11,749 bases of DNA, taken from positions 1 to 11,749 of the forward strand of contig JBAXIL010000044.1 in the NCBI GenBank assembly GCA_037138355.1. The letters run 5' to 3'. The DNA is from a bacterium. GTDB taxonomy: Bacteria > Oederibacteriota > PGYV01 > Palsa-1178. Positions 1-8,300 of this stretch are shown here, piece after piece (position 1 is the first letter of the stretch; every line of letters begins with the position of its first letter). Below the pieces are notes generated by a model. It ran no database searches. It was not told the DNA's origin and saw only the letters and a list, made by a program, of their open reading frames with translations. The translations under genes and the position numbers were made by a program.

Positions 1-1
1 G

Positions 2-39
2 CCCTGTACCGGAGGAGCATAGCGACGACTGGTACAGGG
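2..39 (+). repeat. GC-rich imperfect palindrome (REP-like hairpin) directly upstream of the GIY-YIG gene
   Basis: CCCTGTACC (2-10) is the exact reverse complement of GGTACAGGG (31-39). The inner 20 nt can fold further using G.A pairs. Positions 1-44 contain 29 G+C, far above the AT-rich surroundings. The element may extend beyond the left edge. Confidence 0.75.
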
Positions 40-49
40 AGGGGATGAA

Positions 50-322
50 ATGAAAGGTTTCTTTTTTGTCTATGTTTTACTTAGTCGCAAAGACAATAAC
101 TTTTATATTGGTTACACAAACGACATAAAACGAAGGGTTGAAGAACACAATCAAGGCAAAAATATATCAACCTGTAATCGTCTTCCTGTTGAGCTGATAT
201 ATTTTGAAGGTCATAAATCTAAAACAGATGCTTTAAGACGCGAATCTTACTTTAAAACTACCAAAGGCAAAGTGACACTAAAACAGATATTAAATGACTA
301 TTTAGAATCATTGGTTATATAA
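50..322 (+). CDS. Small stand-alone GIY-YIG nuclease family protein (90 aa)
   Basis: Motifs VYVL...FYIGYT, RRVEEHN.G, ST..R.P..LIYFE and A.RRE..FK match the short GIY-YIG (UPF0213/SLX1-like) pattern. SD-like GGAGGGG at 38-44, ATG at 50. Confidence 0.92.
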   Translation: MKGFFFVYVLLSRKDNNFYIGYTNDIKRRVEEHNQGKNISTCNRLPVELIYFEGHKSKTDALRRESYFKTTKGKVTLKQILNDYLESLVI

Positions 323-384
323 TAATATCATTAAACAAAGTGTTTATTAAAGATTATCAGAATGGATTTTTACCACTTTTATTC

Positions 385-413
385 TTGACAAGATTTGATA
401 AAAAAGATATATT
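385..413 (+). promoter_or_regulatory. Sigma70-type promoter for rho
   Basis: TTGACA (385-390), 17-bp spacer, TATATT (408-413). The predicted transcription start near 420 gives a ~170-nt leader. Confidence 0.75.
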
Positions 414-591
414 ATGTATGTACTAACAAGATAGCCAGGAGGAAATCATAGTAATATTTTCCAAATCACTTCTTGTTTTTATTCATAATAAACCTGTTGC
501 TTAAATCCGCCTTGTTTTATAAGGTTATGATTTGCTTAAGGTGCGGTTACTTAAATACCGCGTTCGTATTACCCAGGAGGTAATTAAATAA

Positions 592-1845
592 ATGAATCTA
601 CAAGATTTAAAGCTTAAAAAAATGAGCGAACTGCAAAAAATTGCTGAAGAATTAAAGATAGTTGAAACCGAAACCCTCAAGAAACCTGAACTTATCTTAA
701 AAATCCTTGAAGCTGGCACAAAAAACAATGGTTTAATTGTCGGTGAAGGTGTTCTCGAAATACTTCCAGATGGCTTCGGCTTTCTGCGTTCACCAAATTA
801 TAACTATCTACCAGGACCAGATGATATATATGTATCACCTTCACAAATCAGAAAGTTTACTTTAAGAACTGGCGATGTAGTAGCCGGTCAAGTAAGACCA
901 CCAAAAGAAGGCGAAAAATATTTCGCACTTTTAAAAGTAGAAACAATTAACGGAGACGATCCTGACAAAATTAAAGATAAAACATTTTTTGACAATCTCA
1001 CACCTCTTTATCCAGAACAACATATAGTTCTCGAAAATAAAGATAAAGATTCCTCTATGAGAATTATGGACCTTCTAATGCCTTTAGGAAAAGGACAAAG
1101 AGGTCTGATTGTGGCTCCACCAAGAACAGGTAAGACAGTTCTTCTTCAAAAAATAGCAAACTCCATAACTGAAAATCATCCAGAAATATTTCTTATAGTG
1201 CTTCTCATAGACGAGCGTCCTGAAGAAGTCACGGACATGGAAAGAACAGTTAAAGGAGAAGTTGTTTCTTCTACTTTTGACGAACCTCCAACAAGACACA
1301 TACAAGTTGCTGAAATGGTTTTAGAGAAGGCCAAAAGATTAGTAGAGCACAAAAGAGATGTTGTAATTCTGCTTGACTCTATCACAAGACTTGCCAGAGC
1401 ATATAATGCAGTTGCTCCAAGTTCAGGAAAAGTATTGTCTGGTGGTATAGATTCCAACGCTCTACAAAAACCTAAAAGATTTTTCGGTGCAGCCCGTGCC
1501 ATAGAAGAAGGCGGCTCACTCACTATCATAGCAACAGCTTTGATTGAAACCGGTAGTAAAATGGACGATGTTATATTTGAAGAGTTCAAAGGTACAGGAA
1601 ACAGCGAAATAGTTTTATCAAGGGAAATGGCAGATAGAAGATTGTTTCCTGCAATTGATATAAGCAAATCAGGAACCAGAAAAGAAGAGCTTCTGCTCGG
1701 TAAAGATGTCCTGAAAAAAGTTTGGGTTTTAAGAAAAGCCCTCTTGAGTAAAATGAAGCCAGTTGATATAATAGAGTTCTTAAACGAGGAAATGAATAAG
1801 AGAAAGACCAATAAAGCATTCTTAGAAGCAATGGATCAAGACTAA
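592..1845 (+). CDS. rho: Transcription termination factor Rho
   Basis: [15 protein letters not shown] and [12 protein letters not shown] (RNA-binding domain), [17 protein letters not shown] (Walker A), [27 protein letters not shown] and [17 protein letters not shown] at 575-580. Compact 417-aa form with no N-terminal insertion. Confidence 0.99.
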   Translation: MNLQDLKLKKMSELQKIAEELKIVETETLKKPELILKILEAGTKNNGLIVGEGVLEILPDGFGFLRSPNYNYLPGPDDIYVSPSQIRKFTLRTGDVVAGQVRPPKEGEKYFALLKVETINGDDPDKIKDKTFFDNLTPLYPEQHIVLENKDKDSSMRIMDLLMPLGKGQRGLIVAPPRTGKTVLLQKIANSITENHPEIFLIVLLIDERPEEVTDMERTVKGEVVSSTFDEPPTRHIQVAEMVLEKAKRLVEHKRDVVILLDSITRLARAYNAVAPSSGKVLSGGIDSNALQKPKRFFGAARAIEEGGSLTIIATALIETGSKMDDVIFEEFKGTGNSEIVLSREMADRRLFPAIDISKSGTRKEELLLGKDVLKKVWVLRKALLSKMKPVDIIEFLNEEMNKRKTNKAFLEAMDQD

Positions 1846-1894
1846 TAGTAGTATTTGATTTAACTAAAAAACAATACATTTAAGGAGAAAAGAA

Positions 1895-2116
1895 ATGAAA
1901 AAAGGAATTCACCCAGGTTACAAAAAAGCAGTAGTAGCATGCGCATGCGGTAATACATTTGAAACACAAAGCACAATAGGCGATATCAAAGTCGAAGTAT
2001 GTTCTTCGTGCCATCCTTTCTTCTCGGGCGTACAGAAGTTTATGGACACAGACGGCCGCGTAGAAAAGTTTAAAAAGAGAGCAAGCAAAACAGCTTCTGC
2101 AAAATCAAAAGAATAG
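1895..2116 (+). CDS. rpmE: 50S ribosomal protein L31, zinc-binding (C+) type
   Basis: MKKGIHP start, C16-x-C18 and C36-xx-C39-HPFF.G, and [17 protein letters not shown] at 1882-1887. Usual position after rho. Confidence 0.98.
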   Translation: MKKGIHPGYKKAVVACACGNTFETQSTIGDIKVEVCSSCHPFFSGVQKFMDTDGRVEKFKKRASKTASAKSKE

Positions 2117-2133
2117 TTACCTTTATTTAATAA

Positions 2134-2188
2134 CGCCCTTTATTATGCCGTTTGTTATTCCGGCTTAATTAAGGGCGGTTTTTATTTT
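2134..2188 (+). terminator. Long hairpin with T-tract after rpmE (probable intrinsic terminator/attenuator)
   Basis: CGCCCTT (2134-2140) pairs with AAGGGCG (2171-2177). Inner ATTAtGCCG (2142-2150) pairs with CGGCtTAAT (2161-2169). Followed by GTTTTTATTTT (2178-2188). Confidence 0.7.
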
Positions 2189-2233
2189 AAAGGTTAATAT
2201 CGACAATATATTTAATTTAATAAGGAGAATACA

Positions 2234-3220
2234 ATGGCTGAGAAAAAGTCAAAATATAATGTAGGTGGAGAGGCCGTAATAGAAGGCGTTATGATGAGAT
2301 CACCACATTATTATGCAGTAGCAGTAAGAAGAGCAGACAAAAGCATATCAGTTGTATCAGGTATGGTTAATAGTGCTGCAGATAAGTTTCCTATGTGGAA
2401 ATGGCCGTTTTTTAGAGGCATTTTAGGTATGTACGAATCAATGAAACTTGGATTTAAAGCGCTAACTATATCATCTAACTATATGGAAGAAGATCTTAAT
2501 AAGAAATTAAAGCCAAAGAAAACAGTAACTAAAAAGGAAACCAGTAAAACCAGCGAAGGTTTTTTTACAGCTATTTCTTTTATCTTAGCCATTGCTTTGG
2601 CTGTAGGTCTTTTCATACTTCTCCCATATGGTATAAACAAATTAATCGCTAAAAAATTCACCGAATTAAATGATAACAACTATTATTTTAATATTGGCAT
2701 GGTTGTGTTTAAGTTTCTTATATTTTTTCTTTATATTTGGGGAATTTCTTTTCTCGAAGATGTTAAGCGACTTTTTCAGTATCATGGTGCAGAACATAAA
2801 TCTATATATGCTTTTGAAGCAGGGAAGAAACTTGTTTACGCAAATATAAAACCATATACGACCAAACATCCTCGCTGTGGTACTGCCTTCATAATAATCA
2901 CAGTACTTGTCAGTCTTGTGTTTTTTATAATATTTTTACCTGCGGGATTAAAGTGGTGGCAGAGAATTCTTTACGAAATACCTTTACTGCTTCCTATAGT
3001 CGGCTTCTCCTACGAATTATTGAAGTTGTCTGACAAACATAGCAATAATCCCCTTGTTAAATTATTCATCGCTCCAGGACTTGCTTTTCAGAGCTTAACT
3101 ACAAAAGAACCAGATAAATTACAGTTAGAAGTTGCAGTAAAATCCTTAAATGCAGTCATAGCGCTTGAAAACGCTTATATTAAAAAACACCCAATAAAAA
3201 AGAAGGCAAAGAAAAAATGA
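2234..3220 (+). CDS. DUF1385 (YqhQ-like) membrane protein, putative metal-binding
   Basis: N-terminal VGGEAVIEGVMMR, FQYHGAEHK, HPRCGTAF, PGL..Q.LTTKEPD..QLEVA and several hydrophobic segments. SD TAAGGAG at 2221-2227. Typical location between rpmE and prfA. Confidence 0.93.
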   Translation: MAEKKSKYNVGGEAVIEGVMMRSPHYYAVAVRRADKSISVVSGMVNSAADKFPMWKWPFFRGILGMYESMKLGFKALTISSNYMEEDLNKKLKPKKTVTKKETSKTSEGFFTAISFILAIALAVGLFILLPYGINKLIAKKFTELNDNNYYFNIGMVVFKFLIFFLYIWGISFLEDVKRLFQYHGAEHKSIYAFEAGKKLVYANIKPYTTKHPRCGTAFIIITVLVSLVFFIIFLPAGLKWWQRILYEIPLLLPIVGFSYELLKLSDKHSNNPLVKLFIAPGLAFQSLTTKEPDKLQLEVAVKSLNAVIALENAYIKKHPIKKKAKKK

Positions 3221-4287
3221 TTTTCATAGACAAGTTACAAAAAATTAAAGAGGATTTTGAAAAACTCAATCACGAATTATCCGATACTGCGGTAATTCAG
3301 AATAGAGATTTATACTCAAAAAAAATGAAACAACACTCTGATTTTAGACCTATTGTGGAGAAGTTTGAAGATTATTTAAAAGTAAAAGCCGCTGTTACTG
3401 ACTCAGAAGAGATAATGAATAGTGATGCTGATAAAGAAATGCAGGAAATGGCAAGGGTAGAAATAAAAGATGCCACAGAAAAAATGTTAAAAATCGAGAA
3501 CGAGCTTGAATATATGTTAATTCCCAAGGACCCAAATGATAAGAAAAGTGCCATTATGGAAATCAGGGCAGGAACTGGCGGAGACGAAGCAGGTTTATTT
3601 GCAGGAGATTTATTCAAAATGTATTCAAGATATATAGAAACACATAAACTAAAAATGGAAATAATGTCGTCTTCTCCAACTGAACTTGGAGGAGTTAAAG
3701 AAGTTATATTTATGGTGACTGGTGATAGCCCTTATGGAAAGTTGAAGTTTGAAAGCGGCACGCATCGTGTACAACGCGTTCCAGATACGGAAACGAGCGG
3801 AAGGATACACACTTCAGCAGCCACAGTTGCAGTATTACCAGAGCAAGAAGAAGTGGATGTAGAGTTAAGGCCAGATGATTTAAAGATTGAGGTTTGTCGT
3901 GCTTCTGGTGCAGGCGGTCAGCATGTTAACAGAACAGAATCCGCTGTTAGGATAGTTCACTTGCCAACAATGTTGGAAGTATATTGTCAGGACGGTAGAT
4001 CTCAAATAAAAAATAAAGAACTTGCTATGACAATACTTAGAGCTCGTGTAAAAAATAAGCTTGAAGGGGACGAAAAAGCCAAGCTTGATTCTACTCGCAA
4101 AGCACAAATTGGCTCTGGGGATAGAAGTGAAAAAATCAGAACATATAATTATCCACAAAACAGAGTTACTGACCACAGGATTGGTTTAACAGTATATAAT
4201 CTTGAGGCTGTTATGCAGGGTGACATTGAAGAGTTTATAGAAAAAATGACTTTTGATATGAATCAGAAATTACTTACAAGCTTATAA
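3217..4287 (+). CDS. prfA: Peptide chain release factor 1
   Basis: EIRAGTGGDEA, KFESGTHRVQRVPDTE (PxT motif of RF1), GRIHTSAATVAV, ASGAGGQHVN (GGQ) and GDRSEKIRTYNYPQNRVTDHRI. ATGA overlap with the DUF1385 gene. Confidence 0.99.
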   Translation: MIFIDKLQKIKEDFEKLNHELSDTAVIQNRDLYSKKMKQHSDFRPIVEKFEDYLKVKAAVTDSEEIMNSDADKEMQEMARVEIKDATEKMLKIENELEYMLIPKDPNDKKSAIMEIRAGTGGDEAGLFAGDLFKMYSRYIETHKLKMEIMSSSPTELGGVKEVIFMVTGDSPYGKLKFESGTHRVQRVPDTETSGRIHTSAATVAVLPEQEEVDVELRPDDLKIEVCRASGAGGQHVNRTESAVRIVHLPTMLEVYCQDGRSQIKNKELAMTILRARVKNKLEGDEKAKLDSTRKAQIGSGDRSEKIRTYNYPQNRVTDHRIGLTVYNLEAVMQGDIEEFIEKMTFDMNQKLLTSL

Positions 4288-4328
4288 ATATCGCATTATT
4301 TAACAATAATATTTAAAGGATACTGACA

Positions 4329-5204
4329 ATGCCGGAAATTAAAGTTACATATGCTCAGGCACTTGCCGATGCCAGAACAAGACTTACTAAAGTTATCCGC
4401 AATAAAGAATCGGCTTTCAGAGAAGCCGAAGCCATACTCTTACACACAGCCAATATAACCAGAGAAAAACTTTACACCATCTTAAGAGATATTATCCCTA
4501 CGAAAGCCTTAAAACTTTTCATAAATGCAACTGCCTTAAGGTGTAAACATATACCACTTCAGTATATTACTGGAACTGAATGTTTCTACGGTAGGGAGTT
4601 CAAGGTTAAAAAGGGAGTATTTATACCCAGACCTGATACAGAAGCAGTCATAGAAGCTGTATTATCTATCAAGAAGCTCCTACCATTTAGCGTTAATGCA
4701 GCCGATTGCGGCTCTGGTTCTGGAATCTTGTCAATTACACTTATCAAAGAAATTCCTAATATAAAAAAAGTGCTATGCTTTGATTCAAATAAGAAAGCCT
4801 TAGATTTAACACTTGCCAATGCCTTAACTCATGGTGTCAGCAGATGCGTCAAACTATACAAAGGTGACTTTTTTGCTCTGTGCAAGCGTCATCACTTGAA
4901 GTTTGACCTATTAGTGTCTAACCCACCTTATATACGCCTAAAGTCCATGAAAACCCTTCAAAAAGAGGTATTACAAGAGCCACACGAGGCATTAACAGAC
5001 GGTGCTTTGGGGTATTCGTTTTATAAGAAGTTTGCAGAAAATGGTGCTACTTTAATTAATCCAGGTGGATTTATTGTTATGGAAATAGGGGATAAAATGG
5101 GCAATAATATCCACAAGCTCTTTAATAAACCAAACTGGAAGTTTGTTAATAGTTTTAAGGATTTTAGGGAAAAGGAAAGAGTCTTAGTTTTTAAACACCT
5201 CTAA
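4329..5204 (+). CDS. prmC: Release factor glutamine N5-methyltransferase (HemK)
   Basis: PLQYITG..FYGREF.V..GVFIPRPDTE, SAM-binding DCGSGSG, VSNPPYI and EP..AL.DG..G. Directly follows prfA. Confidence 0.96.
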   Translation: MPEIKVTYAQALADARTRLTKVIRNKESAFREAEAILLHTANITREKLYTILRDIIPTKALKLFINATALRCKHIPLQYITGTECFYGREFKVKKGVFIPRPDTEAVIEAVLSIKKLLPFSVNAADCGSGSGILSITLIKEIPNIKKVLCFDSNKKALDLTLANALTHGVSRCVKLYKGDFFALCKRHHLKFDLLVSNPPYIRLKSMKTLQKEVLQEPHEALTDGALGYSFYKKFAENGATLINPGGFIVMEIGDKMGNNIHKLFNKPNWKFVNSFKDFREKERVLVFKHL

Positions 5205-5240
5205 CAAAAAGAACTACAATTTCGCATGCTAATCTTCCTG

Positions 5241-5269
5241 TTTAACAAATCTGTTATTTATGGTATTAT
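5241..5269 (+). promoter_or_regulatory. Candidate extended -10 promoter for dnaE
   Basis: TG-G-TATTAT (5261-5269) with a weak -35-like TTAACA (5242-5247). The region is AT-rich, so a chance match is possible. Confidence 0.45.
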
Positions 5270-5321
5270 TTAAATAGTTAATGTTTTTATTACTAAAATG
5301 ATTTAACAAACGGAGAACAAC

Positions 5322-8300
5322 TTGAAACATAATTTTGTTCACTTACACCTTCACAGCAAATACAGCATGTTAGATGGTATGTGTAAGTTTGAAGATATTA
5401 TAGACAATTGTAAAAAACATAATATGTTTTCCTGCGCAATAACCGACCATGGTTATATGTACGGAGCCGTTGAGTTTTACACAGCTATGTATTATGCACG
5501 CTTAAAACCGATAATCGGACTTGAAACATATGTAGTAGAAGACATAAAACAAAAATCAAGAGAGAAAAACCACCTAATATTACTCGTCAAAAATGAAATT
5601 GGATATAAAAACCTTCTTAAAATCGCAACTTTAGCAGCTACTGACGGGTTTTATTATAAGCCAGCTGTGGATAAAATCTTTTTGGCAGAGCACTCAGAGG
5701 GATTGATCGCTTTATCAGCCTGTATGCAAGGCGAAGTCCCTAATAAAATAATAAACAATGACCTTGACGGAGCCATGATAGTAGCTCAGCAGTACAATAA
5801 AATGTTTGGAGAGGGTAATTTTTACTTAGAAATGCAAAATCACGGCATACCCGAAGAACTCATTATGAACAAAGGACTTAGGGAAATATCTGCCAAATTA
5901 TCCATACCACTTACCATAACAAACGATGTGCATTACATGAATAAAGACGATGCCAGAGCGCAAGACCTCCTCATGTGCATAAAAACCGGAAAGAAATTAT
6001 CCGAAACCGATAGACTTTCATTTAAAACAAATGAATTATATTTCAAAAGCCATGATGAAATGGTGGCATTATTTCCTGAAGACGAAACCGCAATTACAAA
6101 CACAAATGAAATAGCCGCTAAGTGTCATTTCGAACTTTCTATAAATAAAAAACCCCATATGCCATCTTATGATACTGGGGGAGAAAAATCTTATGATGAT
6201 TATCTTGAAGAAGTAGTACGCATTGCATTTGCTAAAAAATTCACTGAGCCTACTGTTGAATTACAACAAAGACTCGACCATGAGATAAAAACCATAAAAC
6301 AACTTGGATTTTCAGGTTATTTTCTCATAGTTCGCGACATAGTAGAATATGCTTTGGAAAACAAAATTCCAGTTGGACCAGGTAGAGGCAGTGCTGCAGG
6401 AAGTTTAGTATCCTATGTTTTGGGTATAACAGGTATAAACCCAATAAAGCACGGTTTGCTGTTTGAAAGATTTTTGAACCCTGACCGTGTTTCACCACCA
6501 GATATAGATATGGATTTTTCTGACGAAGGAAGGGACCAGATAATAAACTTTATTGTGAACAAGTTCGGTAGGGACAAAGTGGCACAGATAGTTACTTTTC
6601 AACAGTTAAAGCCCAAACAGGCTATTAAAGATGTTGGCAGAGTCCTTGATATTCCACTGATAAAAGTAAATAGCTTGTCTAAGCTCGTCCCAGATGGTCC
6701 AAAAATCACATTCAAAGAGGTCATGCAGGACGAATTATTTAAAAAGTTTATCTCTACTGAACAGTGGACAGATGAGATTTTAGATTACGCCATGAAAATA
6801 GAAGGAATGTTAAGACAGGATTCAACTCACGCAGCAGGAGTTGTAATCGCTCCGACCGCTTTAACTGATTACTGTCCATTAGCACAACCTCGAGATAATG
6901 ATATTGATGGAATAGCTGCTTTGAATTTTATGACACAGTATCAAATGGAGTCGCTCAATGCAATCGGTCTAATAAAATTTGACATATTAGGACTGCGCAA
7001 TTTACAGGTCATTAAAAGAGCCATAGATACAATACACGAAACAAGAGGCGAAGATGTTGTTTTTAAAGAAGATGATTATTCTGATCCCGCGGTTTACGAA
7101 CAACTTTGTGCTGGTAATACAATGGGAGTTTTTCAACTCGAAAGCGACGGCATGCGTGATTTGTTAAAAAAAATCAAACCTACTGCTTTTGAAGAAATAA
7201 TTGCAATCATATCTCTCTTTAGACCAGGTCCTATGAAATATATAGATGATTTCATAAAAAGAAAAAAAGGACTTCAAGAAATTAAATATGATTTTCCAGA
7301 ACTTGAAGAGGTTCTAAAGGAAACTTACGGCATAGCAGTTTATCAAGAACAGGTCATGCAAATTGCAGTAAAAATAGCTGGCTTTACTGTGGCAAAAGCC
7401 GATAACCTAAGGCGTGCCATGTCCAAGAAGAAAGACATGACCAAGATAAAAGAAGATTTTATAGAAGGCGCTAAAGCAAATAATATTCCCAAAGAAAAAG
7501 CAGAAGATATGTTTTCAAAATTAAATGCTTTTTCACAATATGGCTTTAATAAATCTCATGCCGCAGCTTATGCTATTTTGGCATATCAAACTGCTTATCT
7601 AAAGACACATTACACAGGTGAGTATATGGCTGCGCTTTTGACAAGCGTTATGGACAAGATAGACAAGACCTCATTTTATATAGACGATTGCAGAAATATA
7701 GGCATCAAAGTGCTTCCGCCTGATATAAATAAAAGCGAAGTAGTATTTTCAGTAGAAAAAAACTCAATTCGTTTTGGTTTAGGCGCGATTAAAAATGTAG
7801 GCATAGGCGCTGCCGAGGAAATAGTAAAACAACGCAATGAGGGTGGAGGATATAAGGACATTTTTGATTTTACGCGCAGAGTTTCAGCCCGTGCGATAAC
7901 TACCAAAACCCTCGAAAGTCTTGTTAAGGGCGGCTCTTTTGATTACACCTATCCAAATCGAGCAGCGGTGTATGCCTCTATAGACGAAGCCATAAGAGGT
8001 GCTGCAGGCTTTCAAAAAGATATGGCAGTAGGACAATTTTCACTTTTCGAAACAGATAGAGATGATATACAAATGCCAAATACAGAAGAATGGCCAGAGA
8101 GCAATTTACTTACATACGAGAGAGAAGTACTTGGCACCTATGTTTCATCACACCCCCTGACCAGATACGAAAAGTTGTTAAAGAACTTTACTGTATCAAT
8201 TAAAGAACTAAAAAAGAGAGACGAAAGTGGAAATGTCATAGTTGGCGGTATCGTTCATTCATTTGCTAAAAAAATCAATTCAAAAAACGAAGAAACATTG

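Noticed and set aside
332..346. TAAACA-AAG-TGTTTA inverted repeat after the GIY-YIG gene, as a terminator or right end of an element
   Set aside because: A 6-bp AT-rich stem with no similarity to the left hairpin and no target-site duplication; too weak to call.
1176..1811. 211-aa minus-strand ORF (plus 525-728, 1084-1305 and 1586-1879) opposite rho
   Set aside because: Antisense shadows of a highly conserved gene, with Ser/Phe/Leu-rich composition and no recognisable motif.
1843..1851. Triple stop TAA-TAG-TAG after rho
   Set aside because: Tandem stops are common in AT-rich DNA, and there is no sign of read-through or recoding.
4149..5674. Perfect DnaA boxes TTATCCACA (4149-4157) and TGTGGATAA (5666-5674), plus a one-mismatch ATATCCACA (5107-5115), around the dnaE start
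   Set aside because: All are inside coding sequence (the first is explained by the conserved NYPQ of RF1), are widely spaced and are not in the promoter. This is not an oriC- or datA-like cluster.
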